A DNA stretch of 64,000 bases from an uncultured virus (IMG/VR IMGVR_UViG_3300025011_000035) (Duplodnaviria > Heunggongvirae > Uroviricota > Caudoviricetes). How positions within the stretch are numbered: position 1 is the stretch's first letter; every line of letters begins with the position of its first letter. Positions 39,050 to 47,498 of this stretch are shown here, in pieces. A program made the position numbers and the translations under genes. A model generated the notes under the pieces. That model worked only from the letters and a program-made list of their open reading frames with translations, searched no databases and was not told where the DNA came from. The DNA lies in the IMG/VR virus record IMGVR_UViG_3300025011_000035; one strand, given 5' to 3'.

Positions 39050-39331
39050 TCACCTCTGGATGTCTAAGAGATAAATCCATACCTCTTGATAATCAGAATA
39101 TTCTATTATATTTAATATCTTAAATATTTTACTTTCTATCTCAACATAAGATTCAATATTGAGTAATGGCTCTATATAATCTGTGAAAAACCTTTTATTT
39201 ATGTTGAATTTATACTCACCAATTAAAATTGTTTCGCTATAGCTCTGAACATCTGCGACAATAGTTTTTTGCCAAGAGTTTTCTGGATTATTCCCTAAAA
39301 TATAAACTGTATAATCATCAAACATATCCAC
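39050..39331 (-). CDS. Hypothetical protein, head-closure-like
   Basis: ADVQSYS...KRFF...YVEIESKIFKILNIIEY pattern; SD AGAGGAG. Confidence 0.5.
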   Translation of the reverse strand: MDMFDDYTVYILGNNPENSWQKTIVADVQSYSETILIGEYKFNINKRFFTDYIEPLLNIESYVEIESKIFKILNIIEYSDYQEVWIYLLDIQR

Positions 39332-39358
39332 GCTCCTCTACGTTGAAAATATTATTTT

Positions 39359-39652
39359 TTATTCTGTTTCCGTTTTTATTTTAATTGTTGCATCATGTAC
39401 GCCATTAGCTGTCAAGGAAATTACTACTGCTGATATCAAATATAAGACAATATCAAATACCTTAAAAGTAGATCCTTGAATATTAATTAATATTTGAAGA
39501 ATAAAAGAAACTAAAATACTTATTATTCTTGTTGGTATATTAACCAACTTAGGTAATTCTTTAATTACTTGAACGATCATAAAAACAATTCCTACAAACA
39601 TTCCGTAATTAGAAAGCATTGACCAAGTTATAAATTGATTTAACTCATTCAT
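39359..39652 (-). CDS. Holin-like membrane protein
   Basis: Three hydrophobic helices, QVIKELP...IPTR...ANGVHD; in the lysis cassette. Confidence 0.7.
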   Translation of the reverse strand: MNELNQFITWSMLSNYGMFVGIVFMIVQVIKELPKLVNIPTRIISILVSFILQILINIQGSTFKVFDIVLYLISAVVISLTANGVHDATIKIKTETE

Positions 39653-39668
39653 TTTAAATAACTCCTTA

Positions 39669-40034
39669 TTAACCTTTTATCCCCTTGTAAGTAAAATAAG
39701 CTGAAGCTATAACTCCAATAACTGCTAATATTTTGATAGCAATATCTTTTTTATTGTTTGAAGAAGTTTTAATTATTTCTGTATTATTATTTGAACTATT
39801 TTGTAATAGTGTGCTTAAAGTTCCCATCATCGAATTACTAGATTGTAGATAATTATTTTTAAAGTCTGTGACAACTTCTTTTACACCAGTCATTTCAGTT
39901 TTAATTGAATTTAACTGCTCCTTAATAGAGGCATTATCAATTTGTAAATTTACTATAGATTTACCATGGTCGTCTAAAATCTCTTTTATTTCAGGCTCTA
40001 TTGCCACAATTGACACCTCTTTCAAATTTGACAT
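39669..40034 (-). CDS. XhlA-like coiled-coil lysis protein with a C-terminal TM helix
   Basis: Coiled coil plus IAIKILAVIGVIASAYF; between endolysin and holin. Confidence 0.6.
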   Translation of the reverse strand: MSNLKEVSIVAIEPEIKEILDDHGKSIVNLQIDNASIKEQLNSIKTEMTGVKEVVTDFKNNYLQSSNSMMGTLSTLLQNSSNNNTEIIKTSSNNKKDIAIKILAVIGVIASAYFTYKGIKG

Positions 40035-40135
40035 CCTCCCTTAAATTATGTATAATGTTGTTACTAAGTCAATCTTGTCAGTTAAGAATGGCTTAGAGAG
40101 AGTAAGCAGAGGAATGTGCATACTCTCTATTTTTA
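40028..40135 (+). ncRNA. Candidate sRNA antisense to the lysis operon (promoter included)
   Basis: Consensus TTGACA (40028)-17-TATAAT (40051); two hairpins, the last AGAGAGTA...TACTCTCT followed by ATTTTT. Confidence 0.65.
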
Positions 40136-40148
40136 TGTTTAAATATAA

Positions 40149-40841
40149 TTAAGCAAGTTCTAATCTCTTAGTTGCATATCCCATAACAATGATCTGTTTT
40201 GCTAATGCATCTGCTTTTGAATTAAGAACACGAACAGATAAATATACATCCTTATCTACCACTTCTTGAATTTTAGATTGTGTTTTAGGACTCTTAAAAT
40301 TTATTCCATAGAATCTACAATGAGCTTTTGCAATTGCTTCACCTTCAGCATATTGTTCTTCATAAGTATCTATAATCTTATAATCAGAACTATCAATAAA
40401 TGCAAATTCAGAAATAATTGCAGGAGGGTTAGTATTACGAATAAATCCATAATAATCGTGAATGCCATCAGAACTTAATTTTGTTAAATCTCCTGAACCA
40501 TGTCTATTTTGACCTAGTTTATCAAACTCTTCTTGCATTATTTTTGCAAATTCTGTTCCTTTTCCATAAAAAACAGAATGAATTGTCTCACTTCCATCTC
40601 CACCTCCTGCATTATGGTGTATACTGTGACAGAGATTTGCATTTTTAATTAGATTTACCTGTCTAATCACTTCGTTAAGGTCTGACCCACTAATAATTGG
40701 GGGAACAGTTATTCCATTAAACTCCATTAATTCTTTAGCAATTTTAGCGACAATCATATTTATATCTCGCTCTATTAGTCCATTTGCTACAGCACCACTA
40801 TCTGAATCTCCATGACCTGCATTTAGAATACTAATTGGCAT
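40149..40841 (-). CDS. Endolysin, N-acetylmuramoyl-L-alanine amidase (Amidase_3)
   Basis: LNAGHG, E, SIHHNAGGG, AIISEFAFID zinc-amidase motifs. Confidence 0.92.
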   Translation of the reverse strand: MPISILNAGHGDSDSGAVANGLIERDINMIVAKIAKELMEFNGITVPPIISGSDLNEVIRQVNLIKNANLCHSIHHNAGGGDGSETIHSVFYGKGTEFAKIMQEEFDKLGQNRHGSGDLTKLSSDGIHDYYGFIRNTNPPAIISEFAFIDSSDYKIIDTYEEQYAEGEAIAKAHCRFYGINFKSPKTQSKIQEVVDKDVYLSVRVLNSKADALAKQIIVMGYATKRLELA

Positions 40842-40867
40842 AATATCAACTCCTAATTATAAGGTGA

Positions 40868-41848
40868 TTATTGAACCAAATATTGTTTATGTGATTGTTT
40901 TGTCTTTTCTTCTGTCATTCGAGCGTAAATCAAAGTTGTAGAAGGATCTTCATGCCCTAAAAGTTCTTGCACGGCCACTAATGAAGCTCCATTGTTGATA
41001 AGCAATGTGGCGAATGTGTGTCTCAATATGTGAGGATGTACATTTTTCTTAACTTCTGATCGTCCTGCTATAACCTTAATTTCTCTTTCAATTCCTCTAC
41101 ATGATAATCTTCCATTTGGTTTTCTTTCTGAAACGAATAAAGCAGGATCACTATCTAATCTTTGTAGTAAATATTTTTTTAAATGATATAGTGCTTTAAA
41201 ACTAAAATAAACATGTCTTTCTTTATTTCCTTTTCCAATTACAGTTGTAGACATAGCCTGAAGATCAATATCTTCCCTATTCATTTTTTGCACTTCTGAC
41301 AATCTACATCCTGTAGCATACAAAACTTCGATCAATGCTCTTTCTCTCGAACTTACGCAAGCTTCCCTAATCATTTCCAACTCATCAATTGTTAATGCTT
41401 TTGGTAATCGTTTCTCTTTTTTAGGTGTTTTTATTTTATAAGCATTGTCTTTATCAATTATCTCTTCGTTTCTCAACCAACTAAAAAAACTTTTAAGTAT
41501 TGAAATTTTCTTAGACATTGAACTAGTTTTAAGTTTATTGAATTTTCCTAAATACATCCTAATGTCATTTGTTGTAATATTTTCTACTAATTTATCTATG
41601 TGTTTACCAAATAACTTCAATTCAATTTCATATCCTGATAATGTGAGTTCGCTTAATCCTTCAAGTCTTTTTCCTGAAATAAAGATATTTATTTTTTGAT
41701 TAATATCTGACTCTCCATTTGTAAAATCATTTGGTTTTACAATATATGATTTTAGGATATCTTTAAACTTTTCCCTTATTATGGATTTGTCTACCTCTTC
41801 ACAAACTTCTCCAATACCATTTACCAACTCTTCTAATAAATCATCCAT
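40868..41848 (-). CDS. Tyrosine recombinase (XerD-like, with N-terminal SAM-like domain)
   Basis: TGCRLSE (R), GKGNKER (K), HPHILRH (HxxR), LGHE (H), TTLIYA (Y): catalytic set intact. Confidence 0.95.
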   Translation of the reverse strand: MDDLLEELVNGIGEVCEEVDKSIIREKFKDILKSYIVKPNDFTNGESDINQKINIFISGKRLEGLSELTLSGYEIELKLFGKHIDKLVENITTNDIRMYLGKFNKLKTSSMSKKISILKSFFSWLRNEEIIDKDNAYKIKTPKKEKRLPKALTIDELEMIREACVSSRERALIEVLYATGCRLSEVQKMNREDIDLQAMSTTVIGKGNKERHVYFSFKALYHLKKYLLQRLDSDPALFVSERKPNGRLSCRGIEREIKVIAGRSEVKKNVHPHILRHTFATLLINNGASLVAVQELLGHEDPSTTLIYARMTEEKTKQSHKQYLVQ

Positions 41849-41889
41849 TCTTATCCTCTCCCTCTCTTTTCTGATACTATTATAGTCTC

Positions 41890-41954
41890 AGTATAGCATG
41901 GAACTAAATTAGTTTCAATAGACCATTGAAACTTTTTTAGTATCATTGTATAAT
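41890..41954. promoter_or_regulatory. Divergent promoters sharing a palindromic operator
   Basis: AGTTTCAAT-AGACC-ATTGAAACT (41911-41933) supplies both TTGAAA -35 boxes; -10 TATACT (minus, 41895-41890) and TATAAT (plus, 41949-41954), both 17-bp spaced. Confidence 0.75.
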
Positions 41955-41974
41955 TAGTTTGAGGGGGAGTTTAT

Positions 41975-42175
41975 ATGAACTTACATAGTAATTTAAAAGG
42001 GTTGTTGGAAGAAAGAAATTTAAGTATTCGTCAGGTAGCCCGTGATATTGATTACCGTTTTTCTACAATACGACAAATGCATAATGACGATATGAAACAC
42101 TATCCAAAATCTCTACTTGTTAAGCTTTGTGAATACCTAAATGTTGGGATAGATGATTTATTAAAGTTAAAATGA
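41975..42175 (+). CDS. Cro/C1-type HTH regulator
   Basis: LKGLLEERNLSIRQVARDI...LVKLCEYLNVGIDDLL. Confidence 0.85.
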   Translation: MNLHSNLKGLLEERNLSIRQVARDIDYRFSTIRQMHNDDMKHYPKSLLVKLCEYLNVGIDDLLKLK

Positions 42176-42180
42176 TAAAC

Positions 42181-42210
42181 AAAAACCGCCATAATAATTG
42201 GCGGTTTTTT
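42181..42210. terminator. Bidirectional terminator
   Basis: AAAAACCGCCA-TAATAAT-TGGCGGTTTTTT between convergent genes. Confidence 0.8.
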
Positions 42211-42215
42211 ATTCA

Positions 42216-42237
42216 TCATCTAATGAACAGTTAATGT
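42216..42237 (-). other. Putative RBP-cassette downstream site S5 (degenerate)
   Basis: Minus ACATTAACTGTTCATTAGATGA, 10 bp after the RBP stop; last 10 bases match S4 at 8 of 10. Confidence 0.4.
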
Positions 42238-42247
42238 CTGTTACGTC

Positions 42248-44077
42248 TTAGAGTCCCAATCCTAAGTGATACCGAATTGTTTTAGCTGTTGCTAAATTGT
42301 TCTGTACTTGGATATAACCACTCTCTACATAAATATTAATCGTACTCGAATTATCTTTAACATCACTGAATTGAATATTTGGATTACTTAGCATAGTAAC
42401 GAACTTACCTCCATTTGCTGTCGATGCACTAACCACAAATATTGCCATAGTCCCGTCAGACACATTTGCAACATTTAATAACCCATATTTCCCTTGAGGT
42501 ACATTCGATTGCTGTATACCAGCACTCGAAACGGAATACGATTTCTTATAGCTAGGTGTCCCTAAACTTAGAAATTCTGGCAATAATAAAGATACAGAAG
42601 CATTAGTACAATTACTTGCTAAATTAGCGTCCAGAGTAAGTGCCTTGGTCGTTACATCAATAGCGACAACCTTATAATTACCAGTAACACCGTTTACGAC
42701 AATGATACATTCTGCTGTTAATTGTATAGGTATATTATTTAAAATTATGGTATTTTCTCCGATTACCCCCGTTCCAGTTACGGATGAAATTGTATTCTGA
42801 GTCCCTCTTACAATACACTGTAGTCCTATATCCTTTAATCCAGTGTTAGCGTTTTTATTATAGATGGTGTCTCCAACTTCATAATTTCCTGCAGGTATTG
42901 CATCAACATCTTGTTTATACGACCTAATTTTAGATCCTCTTACGTTTATAATATCCGAATTAACAGTGTACCCGTCAACATACTTTAACCCATGAATGGA
43001 ATGCGGTATAGTATAGATAGTATCGTGTAATTCCGATCTATTTGAATACCCCGTCTTACCGTTTTGGGCTGAAAAACAGGCATTATTTATTCCTATATAG
43101 TAAGAATTTGAAAATCCAGCAACATCTGGATAGATCCCTCCTGTTTGCCAAAAATTATCCTCGCATTTCAAATTTACAGCATCACCCACAATGATTTTTT
43201 TATCAGTTGTGTTCCCAAAATGTCTGCAATTTTTAAAGGTTACTACCGCAGCCGTATATTTTGACCTATCGCTATTATAAAGATACACATCAAAGTTTTG
43301 ATTAGCCTCGAAATATACGCCGATGGCTAGTAAGGCAAACAGAGTTCCAGTACCTAACCATTTCATACCACCACCAACGCAACTTTCGATTACACACTTA
43401 CCCTCGAATGATATAGCTCCACCCTCAATAGCAATACCGATCCCACTAAAAATAGTTATGTCTAAATCTCGGATAACATTATTGTAGGAGTAATTACCGT
43501 CATAAGCAGCCCCACTGTATTGATTAAAGTAAAGACCATAAGGAGCAACACAATCATAGACTGTAATTCTATCCCCCATTGTTCCATAACCACTAACATT
43601 CCTAATAAGGCTATGGTTTGCAGTAACATGATAGAATTTACAATCTTCCACCAATGTATTTATAGCATCCTTTACGGTAATATTTCCAATCTTAATTATT
43701 GTATCGAAATTAGAAGACCCAACAAGGGATACAAATTTCGCATTAATTATCTTTGGTGGTTTAAATTCTGCCCTATCACTTGAATTTGCAGGTTGATAGA
43801 CAATAAAATCTCCTGTTCCATCAAGACTAATCTCTGCCCCGTTAAAATCAATCGTGATTTGCTTTGCTATTGTACCCAACGACCCTAAAGTGTATCTCTT
43901 TCCAGATTTAAACTGTACAGTTCCACCGATAGGACAAGCGTTAATTGCCCCTAGTGCGGTACCTGTATCGGTTAATCCTAGTATATAATGAGCTTCTACC
44001 TTTGTCGGATTATCTGCCAACTCCGACGTATGAACATCAACTAATTCCTGTAAGATTTTAATTTTTGGTTTTCCCAT
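42248..44077 (-). CDS. Receptor-binding protein / tailspike with a pectin-lyase-like beta-helix; body shared by both phages
   Basis: AINA...GGTVQF...ITIDFNGAEI beta-helix cap, YFEAN; only ~24 aa of element-B-specific N-terminus. Confidence 0.8.
   Translation of the reverse strand: MGKPKIKILQELVDVHTSELADNPTKVEAHYILGLTDTGTALGAINACPIGGTVQFKSGKRYTLGSLGTIAKQITIDFNGAEISLDGTGDFIVYQPANSSDRAEFKPPKIINAKFVSLVGSSNFDTIIKIGNITVKDAINTLVEDCKFYHVTANHSLIRNVSGYGTMGDRITVYDCVAPYGLYFNQYSGAAYDGNYSYNNVIRDLDITIFSGIGIAIEGGAISFEGKCVIESCVGGGMKWLGTGTLFALLAIGVYFEANQNFDVYLYNSDRSKYTAAVVTFKNCRHFGNTTDKKIIVGDAVNLKCEDNFWQTGGIYPDVAGFSNSYYIGINNACFSAQNGKTGYSNRSELHDTIYTIPHSIHGLKYVDGYTVNSDIINVRGSKIRSYKQDVDAIPAGNYEVGDTIYNKNANTGLKDIGLQCIVRGTQNTISSVTGTGVIGENTIILNNIPIQLTAECIIVVNGVTGNYKVVAIDVTTKALTLDANLASNCTNASVSLLLPEFLSLGTPSYKKSYSVSSAGIQQSNVPQGKYGLLNVANVSDGTMAIFVVSASTANGGKFVTMLSNPNIQFSDVKDNSSTINIYVESGYIQVQNNLATAKTIRYHLGLGL
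43827..44007. repeat. Direct repeat, copy 2 (of 1-181)
   Basis: 177 of 181 identical. Confidence 0.97.
44005..44026 (-). other. Putative RBP-cassette site S2 (in frame)
   Basis: Minus TCGGAGTTGGCAGATAATCCGA; inverted ends TCGGA/TCCGA. Confidence 0.65.
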
Positions 44078-44096
44078 TGATTAACCTCCTTTTATT

Positions 44097-44118
44097 TCGT
44101 ATAATGCGTCAACTACGC
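44097..44118 (-). other. Putative RBP-cassette downstream site S4 (non-coding)
   Basis: Minus GCGTAGTTGACGCATTATACGA, starting 1 bp after the stop of the 932-aa RBP; same length and conserved positions as S1-S3. Confidence 0.6.
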
Positions 44119-44119
44119 A

Positions 44120-46918
44120 TTAAGTTAATGCACAAACAGTACCCGTCTTTATGGTTGCCCCATCCGAATATAAGGCAACAACCTTTAAATTATTAGTTGC
44201 TTGATCAATCCAAAATGCCGCTTGACTTGCTCCCATATCCGCTAAGACTGAGGCTGCTTTTGCATCAAAGATAAATTTTTGATCCCAAGTCAACCGCAAC
44301 CCATCATGTGGGACTCCATTCGCCATAACCTGCATTACAAAACCGCTTTTTTCACCCCCTCCCGCTAGGCTGCTTCCTTTTATTTTTAGTGCCGCTATTT
44401 CCGTCTTTACTAATGCACCATTTCTCTTGTAAAAACTAATACGATCATTTGTGGCATCCCAATTGTCATACGGAAGAGTTTCGAGCTTTAAACCACCCCT
44501 CACCCTAATATCACCCACATTACTAAAGTGATCAGTATTATAGGGGGTGTCACATAATGTTATATCGTTGCTATTCACATTATTGAGTATCATGTCTATA
44601 CAATAAATACCATAACGCGGCCGTTGCGTATGGCCCATCGTTTGACCAATTATAGTATTATTTTTTACGCTATTGCCAGTCTTTCCATCGTTGACATGAA
44701 TTCCATCATAAGTGCTACCGGTATACATATCACAATCAATAATGGTATTATTTTTGACTTGGTTATACAAACCATTAATGAGTATTCCATGCCCAAAGAT
44801 ATTACCTAGTGTATTATTATTGATTGCCACCCTTGATGAATTACAAACAATACCATGCCCTCCGACATTCGGTTTATCAGATAAATCAGACCACCAACGA
44901 CCGATAATAGTATTGTTACAAACAGAGGCTTCGCCAGTTCCAGATGTTGTACCATAAGCTAAAATCTCAATTACTGTATTTGCAGTATGTTGCATATAGT
45001 TGTCATTTATTTTTCCTGAGTTTAGAGAACCATAATAGAATTTCCTTGAATCGTCCATATGGTTATCAGATATATCGATGCCTATGGATTCTAGAGAGTT
45101 ATTAAGTATTGCACAAGAGTCAGTGACCCCGGCGCCAAACCCACCGTTTGAGTGAAATCTGTTATCGTGGATTTCGTGACCTCGACATTCTGCCCAAGTG
45201 CCATCCAACACATTGTTAATGACGATACTAAAGGCACAACTCGAGAAGGTATTATTTCTCATTTTCATATTTCGGCCATAATAATCAATAGCCTTGTTAA
45301 ACTTCATAAAGAAATTACCTTCAATCCATGAATCTAAATCAGCTATAGCACTAGGGCGTTTTAAACGAATAGCTGTTTGTGTTGAACTTTCGCCATAATT
45401 TTTACCGTCAGAACTAGTAAAATACAGATACTTAGATCTAAACTCACTACCTTGAACGTCTATAAATATTGAATTGGGCTTAGTAAATATCAACTTAGCG
45501 TTATAGTGCCCATTTGCTTCTGCAACGAATGAAATATTATCCTTTGTCACCGTGACCGTATCTGCAAAAGCATAAAAACGCAAATCGCCCGTTGTTGGGA
45601 ATTTAACAATAGTTCCAGGTGGAGAATTAGTTAACAGTTGATTCAAGATTGTTGCACAATCATAGACAACACCTACTAATGTATATGATCCATCAGGATT
45701 AAAACTATATGATGTTAATTGTGGTCTTGTATATGGGGCAGGTAATTTATCAAAGTTTATTACATATTCGTTCGTAGTTTCAGCCTTATACGTCTCAAAC
45801 CGTTCTTTAATGTTACCGCTAACGTTGGATAATTCAACGTCAGTGACGCCACCGGCTTGTATTTGCGATCCAGCAATCGCTCCAGAGGTAGAGTCGACGA
45901 TGGCTTTATGTACTCTAAAAACAACAATATCGTCGAGATCAAGCGTCCAACCTAACAAATCAACACCTAAACCGTTTTCATTCTCAGCATACTCCATATC
46001 CTTGGTTAAAAACTCGCCATTATAAATAACATCAAAATAGTCGGAATCAGGATTATATGACGGTAAATTAATAGGTACAAACGACTCATTCCCGACACCA
46101 ATATATGTCGATGTCATTATGGCATCCCTACCAAGACTTAATGTGCTAGCTACATTATCTACGGCGGTTTGTATTACTTCAAATCGTTCTTCGCGCAAGT
46201 CTTCAGATACGTCCCTCAATCCTTCTGCTGTATTAAACACAGATGATCTTGATGCTTCGCTGGCGTTGAAGGTCGTAGTTCTATCGTTCTGACTGGTCGA
46301 GAAAGTGTTGGCTCTGGCGGCTTCATTGACGGCGAAAGTCGTTTCCCGTCCGTCCTCAGCCGTTATTCTGGAAGCTTCGCTAATCTCTCTCAATTCTTCT
46401 GCGGTGTTAAACACCAAGGATCTAGAAGCTTCGCTGGCGTTGAAGGTCGTAGTTCTATCGTTCTGACTTGTTGTGAAAGTGGTCTGCCACTCTGCCAACG
46501 CACTAACAATACTGGATATATACTTGATGCTTAACAAGCCGATACTAGCATCTACATAAAAGACAAATGTTGTGGAGGATAAAACGTTAACCCCATCGGT
46601 AAAAACTATTTCTGCTTCAACTTTACCATCTATAGCCAGCGTGGCGGCTTTTAATACACATTCAAACTTACCGGTTAATGCGTCCAAAATAGTTACACCT
46701 GTTGTGCTATCTTGGGATACGACCGCATTATCCGAACGTAAAAAATTGAATTGTACAGTTTGACCCGTTATGTTTACAGGCAATCCTTCATCGACTATAG
46801 TTATCTCCAAAACAGACGTACCCGCATTACCTTGTTTAAACAAAGTGTTATTAGTAAGCATTTTACTTTTTAAATCGATTGTAAGTTTGTATCTATTTTC
46901 CAAAATGACACCTCCCAT
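44120..46918 (-). CDS. BppU-type baseplate upper protein fused to a beta-helix receptor-binding domain
   Basis: N-terminal FKQGNAGTSVLEITI...GKVEAEIVF (BppU/DUF2479-like), coiled-coil repeats, NNTI parallel beta-helix repeats. Confidence 0.8.
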   Translation of the reverse strand: MGGVILENRYKLTIDLKSKMLTNNTLFKQGNAGTSVLEITIVDEGLPVNITGQTVQFNFLRSDNAVVSQDSTTGVTILDALTGKFECVLKAATLAIDGKVEAEIVFTDGVNVLSSTTFVFYVDASIGLLSIKYISSIVSALAEWQTTFTTSQNDRTTTFNASEASRSLVFNTAEELREISEASRITAEDGRETTFAVNEAARANTFSTSQNDRTTTFNASEASRSSVFNTAEGLRDVSEDLREERFEVIQTAVDNVASTLSLGRDAIMTSTYIGVGNESFVPINLPSYNPDSDYFDVIYNGEFLTKDMEYAENENGLGVDLLGWTLDLDDIVVFRVHKAIVDSTSGAIAGSQIQAGGVTDVELSNVSGNIKERFETYKAETTNEYVINFDKLPAPYTRPQLTSYSFNPDGSYTLVGVVYDCATILNQLLTNSPPGTIVKFPTTGDLRFYAFADTVTVTKDNISFVAEANGHYNAKLIFTKPNSIFIDVQGSEFRSKYLYFTSSDGKNYGESSTQTAIRLKRPSAIADLDSWIEGNFFMKFNKAIDYYGRNMKMRNNTFSSCAFSIVINNVLDGTWAECRGHEIHDNRFHSNGGFGAGVTDSCAILNNSLESIGIDISDNHMDDSRKFYYGSLNSGKINDNYMQHTANTVIEILAYGTTSGTGEASVCNNTIIGRWWSDLSDKPNVGGHGIVCNSSRVAINNNTLGNIFGHGILINGLYNQVKNNTIIDCDMYTGSTYDGIHVNDGKTGNSVKNNTIIGQTMGHTQRPRYGIYCIDMILNNVNSNDITLCDTPYNTDHFSNVGDIRVRGGLKLETLPYDNWDATNDRISFYKRNGALVKTEIAALKIKGSSLAGGGEKSGFVMQVMANGVPHDGLRLTWDQKFIFDAKAASVLADMGASQAAFWIDQATNNLKVVALYSDGATIKTGTVCALT
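45772..45793 (-). other. Putative RBP-cassette site S3 (in frame)
   Basis: Minus ACGTATAAGGCTGAAACTACGA, 19 of 22 identical to S1 of the other phage, at the shaft/head junction (YKAETT versus YKAENT). Confidence 0.65.
46254..46468. repeat. 41-bp intragenic direct repeat (46254-46294 and 46428-46468)
   Basis: Encodes SQNDRTTTFNASEA twice, 174 bp apart. Confidence 0.85.
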
Positions 46919-46931
46919 TTTTTAATAAAAA

Positions 46932-47486
46932 CTACCACGCAAATTCTTTGACTTGCGTGGTAGTTTGTGCAGCCATGATTTGGTTTCTCATTTCATAATA
47001 ACGAGCCATTTTTGTATCGATATGCAATTTTGACTCGGCATAAAGAATAATAAACTGCTCTCTCGTGTGGAGTATAACCCCGGCATCCTTAGTGGTCCAA
47101 TTCAAAGACAATACGGCTGGGTTTAAGAGTAAAGAGTTCATTTCTCGATTGAAGTTTGTCTGCCATTCTTCATTGAACTTGTAAGAATGCTCAACGCCCG
47201 TACAGGCAGAAGTAAACCCGTTAAGAATATCGAGGTTGCAAGCGATATTAATTTCTTCAATTTTAGATTGTTGAACATGCGGAAGATTAACCGAATCTGG
47301 AATTGGCGTATAGATCGGATCTCCATCCACAAACGTGTAATTGGGATAATTTTCTATGATATGTTTATCGACGACGTCGTCGAGATATAAGCCGGTCAAT
47401 TTTCCACGCTTAACTAGACCCGCTATTGGATAAGGGGCCTCACAGGAATAGATAAACTTTCCATATTCATCGTAAAACAAATACAT
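46932..47486 (-). CDS. DUF4376-like tail fibre assembly protein
   Basis: KIEEINIACNLDILNGFTS...WTTKDAG...QIMAAQTTTQVKEFAW. Confidence 0.7.
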   Translation of the reverse strand: MYLFYDEYGKFIYSCEAPYPIAGLVKRGKLTGLYLDDVVDKHIIENYPNYTFVDGDPIYTPIPDSVNLPHVQQSKIEEINIACNLDILNGFTSACTGVEHSYKFNEEWQTNFNREMNSLLLNPAVLSLNWTTKDAGVILHTREQFIILYAESKLHIDTKMARYYEMRNQIMAAQTTTQVKEFAW

Positions 47487-47498
47487 TCCTACGTCCCC

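Larger units (their letters stand above)
1..43826. mobile_element. Element A: myovirus / probable phage-plasmid, apparently a complete circular genome of about 43.8 kb
   Basis: Full head, contractile tail, terminase, lysis and replication modules. The tail fibre ORF truncated at base 1 continues in frame if base 1 is joined to 43826 (1-127 identical to 43827-43953). Uniformly AT-rich outside the fibre. Confidence 0.8.

Noticed and set aside
40868..41848. Classical prophage integrase with attL/attR
   Set aside because: No host genes or att-core duplication are visible and the gene lies in the late region. Integration is not excluded but is unsupported here.
42216..45793. Invertible shufflon of tail fibre tips
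   Set aside because: All sites and RBP heads have the same orientation and there is no silent inverted cassette; the geometry predicts excision/insertion, not inversion.
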